The notes under the pieces were generated by a model. The model was not told the origin of the DNA. It searched no databases and was given only the letters and a program-made list of their open reading frames with translations. Positions 37,352 to 46,955 of a stretch of DNA of 64,000 nt are shown here, one piece after another. Each line of letters starts with the position of its first letter. Positions within the stretch are counted from its first letter, which is position 1. A program made the position numbers and the translations under genes. The stretch is from Candidatus Delongbacteria bacterium (GTDB lineage Bacteria > UBA4055): assembly GCA_016938275.1 (NCBI GenBank), contig JAFGUZ010000165.1:15459-79458 (forward strand), written 5' to 3'.

Positions 37352-38902
37352 ATGGAGGACGAGATGTTTGAAAAAATTTCTGCATTCCTTGAGAAAGTGG
37401 GAGTTCTTTCCAAAGGTGGCGGAGAGGATAAGATTCAACAACGAAAACAAAAAGGATTATTAACTGCCCGTGAAAGAATAGATACATTACTTGATAAAGG
37501 TACCTTCAATGAGTTAGACCTTTTTGTTGAGCATCAAGGTCGTGATTTTGGTCTTGACAAACAAAAGCTTGCTGCTGATGGTGTTATTACTGGATTTGGT
37601 AAAGTTCATGGTCGTGACGTTTGTGTTTACGCTCAAGATTTTACAGTTCAAGGTGGATCCCTTGGTAAAATGCATGCTGCGAAAATTACAAAAGTTATGG
37701 ATTTGGCATCAAAAATGGGAGTCCCTGTAGTTGGAATCAATGACTCTGGTGGAGCTAGAATCCAAGAAGGTGTGGATTCTCTTGCTGGATATGGAGAAAT
37801 TTTTTATAGAAACACTATTAACAGTGGTAAAATTCCTCAAATTTCTGTAATTATGGGTCCTTGTGCTGGTGGAGCTGTATACTCACCGGCTATAACTGAT
37901 TTTGTATTCATGGTTGATAAAAAATCACAAATGTTTATTACAGGACCAAAGGTTATCGAATCTGTTCTAAACGAGAAAATTGCACCTGAAGAGCTTGGGG
38001 GTGCTTTGGTTCACAATAAAAAAACAGGTAATGCACATTTTTTTACTAAAAATGAACAGGAAACCTTTGAGCAAATCAGAAAATTACTACAATTTTTGCC
38101 TTCAGCATGGGATAAAGAAATTCCTAAATCTGAACCAAAACCTCCAAAAGCAAATTATGAAATAACAAGAATTGTACCTGAAGATACAAGAAAAGCTTAT
38201 GACGTAAAAGATCTTATCAAAGCTATTGTTGATAATTCAGACTTTATGGAAGTTCAAGAACTTTTTGCTCAGAATGTTGTGGTAGGATTTGCCAGACTTA
38301 ATGGTAAAAGTATAGGAATTGTGGCGAATCAACCAAAATATTTAGCTGGTGTACTTGATGTAGATTCTTCCGATAAAGCAGCTAGATTTGTAAGATTTTG
38401 TGATGCCTTCAATGTACCACTTCTTACTCTAGTAGATCTACCGGGATATCTTCCAGGTGTTGACCAAGAACATAATGGTGTAATCCGACATGGTGCAAAA
38501 CTACTTTATGCCTTCTCTGAAGCTTCTGTACCTAAAGTAACTTTAATTGTCCGTAAGGCATACGGAGGTGGATATATTGCGATGTCATCAAAACACTTAA
38601 ATACCGATTTTGTTTACGCATGGCCAACAGCAGAAGTTGCTGTAATGGGTCCTGAAGGAGCTTGCAATATTATTTTTGCAAAAGAGATTTTGGAATCAGA
38701 AAATCCTGAACTTACCAGACAACAGAAGGTTGCTGAGTATAAAGAGAAGTTTTCAAATCCATATAAGCCAGCTTCAAAAGGTTATGTTGATGCTGTAATT
38801 CACCCAAATGACACTCGTAAAACTCTCATAAGTGCATTTGAGATTGCAAAAGATAAAAAGCCTTACTACAAAGAACATAAACACGGCTGTATCCCTCTAT
38901 AG
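37352..38902 (+). CDS. acyl-CoA carboxyltransferase (methylmalonyl-CoA decarboxylase alpha / propionyl-CoA carboxylase beta / transcarboxylase 12S family)
   Basis: 516 aa. Two crotonase-like carboxyltransferase halves; the overall sequence is characteristic of MmdA/PccB. Confidence 0.85.
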   Translation: MEDEMFEKISAFLEKVGVLSKGGGEDKIQQRKQKGLLTARERIDTLLDKGTFNELDLFVEHQGRDFGLDKQKLAADGVITGFGKVHGRDVCVYAQDFTVQGGSLGKMHAAKITKVMDLASKMGVPVVGINDSGGARIQEGVDSLAGYGEIFYRNTINSGKIPQISVIMGPCAGGAVYSPAITDFVFMVDKKSQMFITGPKVIESVLNEKIAPEELGGALVHNKKTGNAHFFTKNEQETFEQIRKLLQFLPSAWDKEIPKSEPKPPKANYEITRIVPEDTRKAYDVKDLIKAIVDNSDFMEVQELFAQNVVVGFARLNGKSIGIVANQPKYLAGVLDVDSSDKAARFVRFCDAFNVPLLTLVDLPGYLPGVDQEHNGVIRHGAKLLYAFSEASVPKVTLIVRKAYGGGYIAMSSKHLNTDFVYAWPTAEVAVMGPEGACNIIFAKEILESENPELTRQQKVAEYKEKFSNPYKPASKGYVDAVIHPNDTRKTLISAFEIAKDKKPYYKEHKHGCIPL

Positions 38903-38910
38903 GAGATTAT

Positions 38911-39234
38911 ATGACACAAACAGGAATCATTCAAATAGATACAAACGGTGCTAAGTATGAAACTGAGTTCACTGATAATTATCTTGAGAATATTAAATAT
39001 AAATTACCTGAGCAAGGTCAGCTTAAAGCTGTCATCCCAGGTCTTATTACTGATATCAAAGTGTCTTCTGGCTCTAAATTAAAAAAGGGGAAAACAATTC
39101 TTGTTTTAGAAGCTATGAAAATGCTCAATGACATATTTATTGACTTTGATATAATTGTGAAAGATATTTCGGTTTCTGTTGGTGATATTGTTGTTAAAAA
39201 TCAACTTTTAATCACCTATGAACGAGCCGAATAA
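38911..39234 (+). CDS. small biotin carboxyl carrier (biotinyl-domain) protein
   Basis: EAMKM biotinylation motif in a ~70-aa C-terminal biotinyl domain; 107 aa (1.3S/MmdC-like). Confidence 0.8.
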   Translation: MTQTGIIQIDTNGAKYETEFTDNYLENIKYKLPEQGQLKAVIPGLITDIKVSSGSKLKKGKTILVLEAMKMLNDIFIDFDIIVKDISVSVGDIVVKNQLLITYERAE

Positions 39235-39252
39235 AATAGATAAACCATCTAA

Positions 39253-39277
39253 AACCGGCTTGCTAAGTCGGTTTTTT
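39253..39277 (+). terminator. rho-independent terminator after the biotin-carrier gene (AACCGGCT-tgcta-AGTCGGTT + T6)
   Basis: 8-bp stem (one G-U) followed by TTTTTT. Confidence 0.55.
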
Positions 39278-39293
39278 AATTTAAGGGGGAAAT

Positions 39294-40619
39294 GTGACTA
39301 GTAATCTCAAGAATCTATCAAAATTAGCATATCCTGTTGTCTTAGGTCAAATTGCTAACATGATTCTTCATTTCGTTGATAGATATTTTATAGCTATGCT
39401 CGGTGTAGATGAAGCAGCTGGTTCTAGTCTTTCCGGTGGTCTGATATGGGTTCTTATGAGTTTTACAATGCTTATTTCAGGTGGTACAGTAGCATATATT
39501 TCTAGAAGAGTAGGCGAAAAAGATTTTGTTAAGGCTGGAATTGGTGCAGAACAATCGGTTTTACTTTCAGTTTTTCTAGGAATCTTCTTAGGTTTAGTCT
39601 CTTTTATTTTCTCCGAACAACTAATTGGCTTTTATAATGCAACTCCTACTGTTACAGAAATAGGTATCGTATATTTCGATGTATTAGCTATTGGATTCCC
39701 TTTCTTAATTTCAGGAATGGTATTGGCTTCGGTTTTTCAGGCAGCAGGTGACACAAAAACACCAATGTTCATTTTTGCTGGTATGAGTGTAATGAATTTA
39801 ATTCTCGATCCTGCATTTATTTTCGGCTTCCATTTAATTCCTCCTATGGGTGTGAAAGGAGCTGCTATAGCTTCAGTACTTTCGGAAGCTTGTGCCTTCA
39901 TAGCTATTTTATACATGATGATAAAATCTACAAAATTTAAAATTCAATTTAAAAATTTCTTTATAATTCATCGTGAAATTGCCTTTCGTATTTTAAGAAT
40001 TGGCTTTTGGACTGGTCTTAATGGTTTTTCTAGACCACTTTCCGCTATATTTCTTCAAAAGGCCCTAGCCTATCACGGTACAAAAGCTATCGCAGCTTTC
40101 AGTTTTGGTATACAATGGATCTCTTTATACTTTGTTGTAATGGAAGGTGTAAGAGTAGCAGTTGCAACCCTAGTAGGTCAAAATCTTGGTGACAAAAATT
40201 ATCCAGAGGTACATAATAGTGTCAAATCCGGATTAAAACTTGGAGTTTTAATAGTTATTTTATCTTTAATAGTAGGAATTCCTCTTAAAGAAACGGCAAT
40301 TTCAATTTTTTCAAAAGATCCTGAAATAATTAAAATGGGATCATCATACCTTTTCATTGTAATCATTTCTTTAATTTTTGAAGTTCCTATGACTGTTTAC
40401 GCTGCAGCCTTAAACGGTGCTGGAGATACCAAGCCGCCAATGATCATTGCTTTCATATCTAATTGGTTGGGAAAAATTAGCATAGCTTACATTTTCACTT
40501 ATATCTTCAATTTCGGTGTAGATTGCGTATGGTGGGCTATTTCTGCTTCAATTGTAATTGAGGGAGTTGGAATGTGGATCTGGTTCAAACGAGGTACATG
40601 GATGAGAAGAGTTGTTTAG
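39294..40619 (+). CDS. MATE-family multidrug/oligosaccharide efflux transporter
   Basis: 12 TM helices with the typical MATE N-terminus LAYPVVLGQIANMILHFVDRYFIAMLG. GTG start with AAGGGGGA RBS. Confidence 0.8.
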   Translation: MTSNLKNLSKLAYPVVLGQIANMILHFVDRYFIAMLGVDEAAGSSLSGGLIWVLMSFTMLISGGTVAYISRRVGEKDFVKAGIGAEQSVLLSVFLGIFLGLVSFIFSEQLIGFYNATPTVTEIGIVYFDVLAIGFPFLISGMVLASVFQAAGDTKTPMFIFAGMSVMNLILDPAFIFGFHLIPPMGVKGAAIASVLSEACAFIAILYMMIKSTKFKIQFKNFFIIHREIAFRILRIGFWTGLNGFSRPLSAIFLQKALAYHGTKAIAAFSFGIQWISLYFVVMEGVRVAVATLVGQNLGDKNYPEVHNSVKSGLKLGVLIVILSLIVGIPLKETAISIFSKDPEIIKMGSSYLFIVIISLIFEVPMTVYAAALNGAGDTKPPMIIAFISNWLGKISIAYIFTYIFNFGVDCVWWAISASIVIEGVGMWIWFKRGTWMRRVV

Positions 40620-40779
40620 TAAAAAAGTTTAGTTTAGATTTTGGAAACTCACAAGTAATTGTCTAATAGATAGATAACTAAATCAAATAACCATAGAGTT
40701 TCCATATAAAATTAATTCGTAACAACTTCTAACACAGCTTTGACCCCACCTAAAATTTTGTGTAAACTCGTTATTTAGG

Positions 40780-41028
40780 CTATTTCCACCTCTTCAAATT
40801 TGGCAAAGTTTGATTCAGAATTTCCCTCGCTTCTTGTTCGTTCATACCCTCTTCTTTCATATACTGTACACAAATATTAATCATACTATCCATTGTAATT
40901 TCAGGAATAGTATACTTACCATTCTGATAACAATAAGTACAAAACTCATTTGTTTTTGTGCCATCTTCCAATGTTCCAAATAGATTTTCATTCTCCATTG
41001 GCATCCCACAGCTTTGACATAGATTCAT
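40780..41028 (-). CDS. small C4 zinc-ribbon domain protein (82 aa)
   Basis: CQSCGMP...CTYCY two CxxC pairs. Belongs to the 'putative zinc ribbon' small-protein family. Confidence 0.55.
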   Translation of the reverse strand: MNLCQSCGMPMENENLFGTLEDGTKTNEFCTYCYQNGKYTIPEITMDSMINICVQYMKEEGMNEQEAREILNQTLPNLKRWK

Positions 41029-41101
41029 AATACTCTCCTTAAGTTTAGTTCAAAGGAAATTTACAATCATAATTATGACATCATTATGTCGTATATAAAA
41101 A

Positions 41102-42016
41102 TTATAAATCATAATTTGATAATGTGTTTTTAAGAATATCCTTCATCTTTTCTCTGGCATAATCAGGATTAAGTAATGTCAGGCTATCCCCAAAACCTAA
41201 GAAAAAATCATAAATCCAGCGATTTAGTGGGAGCCTAATTCGTAAGATTACAGTATTATCATTTGCCTGTTCAAACTCACTATCATCGAAATATAACTTA
41301 GCTTTCTTTATTCCATCTCCTCGAAAACTGAGAGTAAACTCTTCAGAATTTTTCTCGCTCCATTCTTTGTCAAAATCCAATTTAGAAAATTCTCGTCTGC
41401 AAAATCGTTCTTTTAAAACTTTAATTTCAGCAATTCTATTGATCCTAAACAATCTAAAATCCGATCTTAGAGAACAATATGCGTATAGATACCATACACC
41501 GGATTTATTAACAAGTTTATGAGGTTCAATTATTCTTTCAGTTTTGTCAAAATCACTTGAATTATACACTATAGCTATTTTATTGCTTTGATCAATACAA
41601 TCAGATATAGTTGATATTCTGTCCTTTAACTTTTTAGAAAACCCCCATTGGGAAAAATCAAATTCAATCTTATCATTTTGAAAACATGAATCTTTCTTTA
41701 CTGTGGAAATTTTAGATATGGTGTTTTTTAACTTCACACTGTCTAATCCAGATGAAACTCCAGACAAAAGTTTCATTATAAGGTCTGCTTCTTCGTCTGT
41801 AAAAAAACTTTTGTCAATTTTGTAATTTTTATCAATAAAATAACCACCATCCTTACCTCTTTCAGAAAAAACTGGTATTCCGGAAGCACTTATTGCATCT
41901 ATATCACGTTGAATGGTACGGATGTTAACATCGTAATAATCGGCAAGTTCTTTGGCTGTTATTCTGTTTTTCGTTGCAAGAGTAAGTACAATACCTAAAA
42001 GCCTATCACTTTTCAT
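41102..42016 (-). CDS. YafY-family transcriptional regulator: N-terminal HTH, central WYL domain, C-terminal WCX-like domain (BrxR/CapW/PafBC-like architecture)
   Basis: N-terminus RLLGIVLTLATKNRITAKELADYYDVNIRTIQRDIDAISASGIPVFSERGKDGGYF is canonical YafY HTH. WYL motif in VWYLYAYCSLRSDFRLFRINRI. Confidence 0.75.
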   Translation of the reverse strand: MKSDRLLGIVLTLATKNRITAKELADYYDVNIRTIQRDIDAISASGIPVFSERGKDGGYFIDKNYKIDKSFFTDEEADLIMKLLSGVSSGLDSVKLKNTISKISTVKKDSCFQNDKIEFDFSQWGFSKKLKDRISTISDCIDQSNKIAIVYNSSDFDKTERIIEPHKLVNKSGVWYLYAYCSLRSDFRLFRINRIAEIKVLKERFCRREFSKLDFDKEWSEKNSEEFTLSFRGDGIKKAKLYFDDSEFEQANDNTVILRIRLPLNRWIYDFFLGFGDSLTLLNPDYAREKMKDILKNTLSNYDL

Positions 42017-42027
42017 AATCTTTCAAC

Positions 42028-42630
42028 CTAAAACCTTTTTTTTAAAGCCCAATTATATTGTTTTTCATCAAATAACTTATCAATATATGTTTTAGTTATT
42101 CTAATTGTATCTATCGGTTTATCTGTTGAATCAGTTTTAGTATAGTTGATTTTATCTACCACTTCCAAGCCCAAAACTACCCGCCCAAAAACAGTATACT
42201 CTCCGTCAAGCTGATGTTGTGGTCTTACACAAATGTAAAACTGAGATCCTGATGATTTTTTTTCAGGATTTACTTCATCGGCTGTTCTTGCCATTGCCAC
42301 GGCACCTCTGAAGTGAATTCTTGATATCTCGCTTTCAATTTCTTCTCCTTTATTTCCAGATCCCCAATCTTTTGATTTCTCCCCTTTTGTATTTGGGTCA
42401 CCGGTTTGTATCATAAATCCTGGAATAACCCTGTGAAAAGCGAGACCTTCATATGATCTGTTTTTTATCAGCTTTATGAAATTTTCACAATGTTTCGGTG
42501 CATCATTTTTGAACAACTCTATAATAACATCTCCGCTATCTGTCTGTAAAACACAGACATCAATTAAAAAATCCTCTTTTTCAATAGCTGATAATTTCAA
42601 AAAAAATATTAAAATTAATAAAAATCTCAT
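42028..42630 (-). CDS. periplasmic cyclophilin-type peptidyl-prolyl cis-trans isomerase
   Basis: Signal peptide. FHRVIPGFMIQTGDP and SGSQFYI cyclophilin motifs. Confidence 0.85.
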   Translation of the reverse strand: MRFLLILIFFLKLSAIEKEDFLIDVCVLQTDSGDVIIELFKNDAPKHCENFIKLIKNRSYEGLAFHRVIPGFMIQTGDPNTKGEKSKDWGSGNKGEEIESEISRIHFRGAVAMARTADEVNPEKKSSGSQFYICVRPQHQLDGEYTVFGRVVLGLEVVDKINYTKTDSTDKPIDTIRITKTYIDKLFDEKQYNWALKKRF

Positions 42631-42730
42631 TCCTCCTCCTTTTCAATTGAGTAAATATAGTTAAATTATTTTTTATGAATATCATTTTTATTAAAATTAT
42701 TATATATTTAGAGAAAATTTGGAGGTTAAT

Positions 42731-43465
42731 TTGAAAATTAAGGTTTTACTTATACTCATTATAAGTCTTATAGTATACTCTGTTCCACCATTTTGGGAAT
42801 TTCAGACTACAGAGAACAATCATTCTGTTTTTATTTTATCTGAAGCAAATCCAAGAATTAACACAACACCTCTGGTTGAAGGTGATTATATTGGAGTTTT
42901 TTACGAAAATGATGGATTACACTATTGCTGTGGATATACAGCTTTTATACCGAATACTACTCTAAGCTTAAGTGCATGGGGTGATGACAATTCTACACCT
43001 GAAAAGGATGGACTGGCAAATGGTGAAACTTTTAAATGGAAAATTTTTCAAGCATCAACAGGATTTGTTTACAGTGCAAATGCAACCTACGCTCCTATTG
43101 GTGGACCGCTTTACAACCAAACGTCTAATTACGCAACAGATGGAATAAGCGGAATTACTGATTTAATTGGTCAAGGAGTATCAATTGAAGAACAAAAGCC
43201 ATCTTCAAGTATTTTAATCAAAAACTATCCCAATCCCTTCAATCCTGAAACAGTGATAAGCTTCGAACTTAAAGGTAGAGAGTATGTAAAACTTGCAGTT
43301 TACAATGCTAAAGGCGAATTGATAAGATCACTTGTAAACGGAATATTGAACCCTGGTAAACATGTAACTTCATTTAATGCTTCAGATTTAAACTCTGGGA
43401 TTTATTATTATATTTTCACGGCAGGTGAGGAAAAACATTCTGGAAAAATGGTTCTTGTGAAATAG
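42731..43465 (+). CDS. secreted protein with a type IX secretion system C-terminal sorting domain (T9SS CTD)
   Basis: Signal peptide. The C-terminal ~80 aa (KNYPNPFNPETVISFEL...SGIYYYIFTAGEE...KMVLVK) match the Por_Secre_tail signature. The start was moved to TTG 42731 (GGAGG RBS 5 nt upstream). Confidence 0.7.
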   Translation: MKIKVLLILIISLIVYSVPPFWEFQTTENNHSVFILSEANPRINTTPLVEGDYIGVFYENDGLHYCCGYTAFIPNTTLSLSAWGDDNSTPEKDGLANGETFKWKIFQASTGFVYSANATYAPIGGPLYNQTSNYATDGISGITDLIGQGVSIEEQKPSSSILIKNYPNPFNPETVISFELKGREYVKLAVYNAKGELIRSLVNGILNPGKHVTSFNASDLNSGIYYYIFTAGEEKHSGKMVLVK

Positions 43466-43580
43466 TGACATCCATTGTTAAAAAAAGTTTATTTGCTTAT
43501 ATCTAAAATAAACAATATTTCGTAGCATTTTATCTTGTTAAGGAGTATAGTCTAAAATTTTTTATTTTTGAATTAGTATA

Positions 43581-44549
43581 TTAATTATTGAACCTTTTAC
43601 TTCTTAAAAAAAGAACTAATCCAAGTATACTTGGAATTACAACATTTATTGAAAATAATAAAAAACCTGAAGCTACTCCAGATTCAATTGGAATTAAAAA
43701 GATTTTACAAGAATAAGCCGCAGCACTTTCTCTAATACCTACATCACCAAAACTAATTGGAAGAAGAGATTTTAAAAATATAGAGAACCAAGAAACTTCT
43801 AAATTTATTAAAAAAGATGAGCCATTGAAAGCTTTTAACAATAATGCTAACTGAGTAGAATAAGTCAAAAATAGGAATAATGAACCTATCGTAAGCTGAA
43901 GAAATCTCACTTTACCTGCCGTCTTGTAAAAACCTGTAACTTTTCCTAAGTTTCTCACTAGATTATTATTCTTGTTCTTGTATCTGTTAAATATCACAAC
44001 AACTATGCTGAAAAAAGTTATTAGACAAATCACAGGAATTATGATACGATTTATGATACTACTATTGTCTAGATTGTTTCCAATTGATAAAACTGGAGGC
44101 AAAGCAAATACTAAGATCCATATTGAATCAAGAATTTTCTCATAAAATGTACCCCCTGCCATTTCAAACTTATCTTCATTTTTAATTAACAGAAATTTTG
44201 CCATCTCACCTGTTTTCCCTGGAGTAACAAAGCCCATCAAAATTCCTATTAACGATGTTTCTAGAATCATATATATTGGTGTTCTTTTTTTTTCTACTGA
44301 TCTAAGTATTACATACCACTTATAAACTTGGAAAAAAATATTTACTGGTAGTAATAATAAAGCAAAAAGAAGATATTTTGTATCCATTTTGATTATGTTA
44401 CTTTTCAATTCATCTACATTTATCTCAGCAAAAAGAAAAATTACAATAATTAATGTTACTAATAATTTGATAATGATAATAGTATTTTTTTTTCTCAATT
44501 TTGCTCCAAATTTATCGGTGTAATATCTGCAAATTTGTTTTAAAAACAA
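43581..44549 (-). CDS. flippase-like membrane protein (UPF0104 / lysyl-phosphatidylglycerol-synthase TM-domain family)
   Basis: 8 TM helices. The N-terminal region resembles the TIGR00374/MprF-N flippase-like family. Confidence 0.5.
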   Translation of the reverse strand: MFLKQICRYYTDKFGAKLRKKNTIIIIKLLVTLIIVIFLFAEINVDELKSNIIKMDTKYLLFALLLLPVNIFFQVYKWYVILRSVEKKRTPIYMILETSLIGILMGFVTPGKTGEMAKFLLIKNEDKFEMAGGTFYEKILDSIWILVFALPPVLSIGNNLDNSSIINRIIIPVICLITFFSIVVVIFNRYKNKNNNLVRNLGKVTGFYKTAGKVRFLQLTIGSLFLFLTYSTQLALLLKAFNGSSFLINLEVSWFSIFLKSLLPISFGDVGIRESAAAYSCKIFLIPIESGVASGFLLFSINVVIPSILGLVLFLRSKRFNN

Positions 44550-44665
44550 GCAAAATAATATTTAACTTGCATAGATTTTCTATATTAAATATATTTTACC
44601 TTCAATGCAAGCACGACGATGATTGCTAAATATAGATTAAGAGATAAATTAACCCGGAGGGTGCT

Positions 44666-45988
44666 GTGGAAGAATATCTAATAGTAAATGCAAACGTTCT
44701 TACTTTTGGTTTTAAGAATAGATATATAGCCGATGCAGCAATACACATCGGCAGAGGTGTTATTCTAGATTTTGGAACACGTAAAGAGATGGAAATTAAA
44801 CATCCCACTCTAGAAAAACTAGATATGGGCGGAAAGGTTGTAATGCCGGGTTTCGTAGATCTTCATAATCATCTTTACAGTGGTTTTTTTCAAAATATGC
44901 CAATTGAACTTGGTTCTGTAAAAAATTACAATGAATTTATGAATAAATTCTGGTGGAAATTGACTGACAAATTATCATCTGACGGAATTTTTTATTCAGC
45001 AGTTAAGGGTATTATTAAAGCCATTAAATCTGGCACTACTACCATATTCAATCTTCATTCTAGTCCTAATTGCATAGATGATTCTCTTAATGACGTTGCG
45101 GATGCTTTTCTAGACACAGGTATGAGAGGTGTAATAGCATATGAGATCAGCAATAGAAAAGGCGAAAAAGACGCTGAAAAAATGTTTGAAGTAAATGCTA
45201 ATTTTGTAACTCAAAATGCATCTAATTCTCTCATTAATGGAATGATAGGTCTATACAATGTAAACGAAGTTTCAGATGCTTTACTAACTAAAATTAGTAA
45301 TTTTGGCAAGAAAACTGGTTGCGGACTTATGCTGCATCTCTCAGAGACTGGTACAGAAGATGACTATTCAATTGCTAAATTCAAAAAATACACAATTGAC
45401 AGATTGAATGATCATGGTCTACTTAATGCAAAAACTCTTCTTGTTGGTGCAAATAATTTGGATGAATACGAAGCTGATGTCTTGGTCCGAACTGAAGCAA
45501 ATGTGGTGCTAACTCCTTCATCTTCTCTTTACAAGAGCTTTGAATTTCCTCCAATTGATTTGTATGTCGATAAAAATATTCCGTTAAGTTTCGGTACTGA
45601 CGGTATTTTTCACTCAATATCTGGTGAAGCTGATTTTGCTAACAGACTTTTTAAGCAACACTTGAATACTTTTGATAGAGGGAATAAGGAAGTAAGCAAT
45701 ATATTGATGAATACAAATTATAAAATTGCTAATAAATTTGTTTCAAGAGTAATTGGAGAAATAAAACCAGGTGCAGCTGCTGATCTTATAGCTGTTGATT
45801 ACCATCCAGAGATTGAAATTAACGATGAAAATCTGTACACTCATTTGATGTTCGGTATTTTACAATCAAGAATTGATACCACAATAGTTGATGGCAAAGT
45901 TCTTATGAAAGATTACAAGCTAGTTGAACTTGATATTGATGACATCTTAGAACATTGTAAAACTTTTGCAAATGATTTCAACAGATAG
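44666..45988 (+). CDS. amidohydrolase-superfamily metal-dependent deaminase/chlorohydrolase (MtaD/SsnA/cytosine-deaminase-like)
   Basis: VMPGFVDLHNHL HxH metal motif. Later His and Asp (FGTDG) motifs. GTG start with GGAGGG RBS. Confidence 0.7.
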   Translation: MEEYLIVNANVLTFGFKNRYIADAAIHIGRGVILDFGTRKEMEIKHPTLEKLDMGGKVVMPGFVDLHNHLYSGFFQNMPIELGSVKNYNEFMNKFWWKLTDKLSSDGIFYSAVKGIIKAIKSGTTTIFNLHSSPNCIDDSLNDVADAFLDTGMRGVIAYEISNRKGEKDAEKMFEVNANFVTQNASNSLINGMIGLYNVNEVSDALLTKISNFGKKTGCGLMLHLSETGTEDDYSIAKFKKYTIDRLNDHGLLNAKTLLVGANNLDEYEADVLVRTEANVVLTPSSSLYKSFEFPPIDLYVDKNIPLSFGTDGIFHSISGEADFANRLFKQHLNTFDRGNKEVSNILMNTNYKIANKFVSRVIGEIKPGAAADLIAVDYHPEIEINDENLYTHLMFGILQSRIDTTIVDGKVLMKDYKLVELDIDDILEHCKTFANDFNR

Positions 45989-45994
45989 GACAGA

Positions 45995-46945
45995 ATGATG
46001 AACAATTTCAAACTGTTTATTATACTGGCTTTTATAACACTTTTTTCCTGTACTAAAGACAAGCAGATCTATAAAAGATCTACTGAGAATAAAAGAAAAG
46101 AGGAAATTAGACAATTGAATACTTCCGATTCACTGGCGACTGATCTTCTGAAGATAATTGATGAATCTGGAGTTGATGAATGCTATCCTTTCTTTGTAGA
46201 GAAATCAAATACGATTTATTTTCAAAGAAAGTTAAGAGACGGTTTTTGGACTATAGCTAAGAAAAAATTAGATAAAGATACTGTTATAGTTCAAATCTAT
46301 GACGACAATTCCAATTGTACGAATCCTGTAGTCGATAATGATGGTAGGTACATCGCTTACCTTTCTGACAGGTATGGTATAACAGACAAAGACGGTTTCA
46401 AATACAGGGATGTTATTCTGTATGATTCTGATCTAAAGATTTCAAAAGTATTAAGTGATAGAATTTCTGATAACTATTCAGTTAAAATTAATGGTGCTAA
46501 AATTTATTTTATCTCTAATACAAAGGATAAACTAAAACTAGCTTACGACAAAAATGAAAAACTAACTTTATTTTGTTATAATTTAGAAACCAAATCATTG
46601 GAAGAAATTGTTTTAAATTATAGTTTTTTTGATTATTATCCATCAGGAAATTTCGTCTGTTTTATTGACAATGAGTTTAAGTTGAAATATGGCACGGTAG
46701 ATGATATAAAAACTTTTGATATTGATGGATATTGTGGAGACCCGATTGTTTCTGGTGATAAAATTTTTATATCACATAGGAACGAAAATATAATGGATTT
46801 CTATTATTTAGATATTAATACAGGCACAAAAACTAAAATGGAATATTTTGGTGGTTTCGGTGGATATTTCCCTGTAAAAGACAGATTGTTTTTCCATAAA
46901 AAAAGTGGAAATGATTTTGGAATTTATTCCAATTTAATAAAATAG
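45995..46945 (+). CDS. lipoprotein with TolB/PD40-like beta-propeller repeats
   Basis: Lipobox LFSC after the signal peptide; repeated DNDGRYIAYLSDR-type PD40-like blades. Confidence 0.45.
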   Translation: MMNNFKLFIILAFITLFSCTKDKQIYKRSTENKRKEEIRQLNTSDSLATDLLKIIDESGVDECYPFFVEKSNTIYFQRKLRDGFWTIAKKKLDKDTVIVQIYDDNSNCTNPVVDNDGRYIAYLSDRYGITDKDGFKYRDVILYDSDLKISKVLSDRISDNYSVKINGAKIYFISNTKDKLKLAYDKNEKLTLFCYNLETKSLEEIVLNYSFFDYYPSGNFVCFIDNEFKLKYGTVDDIKTFDIDGYCGDPIVSGDKIFISHRNENIMDFYYLDINTGTKTKMEYFGGFGGYFPVKDRLFFHKKSGNDFGIYSNLIK

Positions 46946-46955
46946 TGGATAGAGA

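Noticed and set aside
39292-39294. ATG at 39292 as the MATE transporter start.
   Set aside because: It is followed immediately by TGA (ATG-TGA). The in-frame start is the GTG at 39294, 6 nt after AAGGGGGA.
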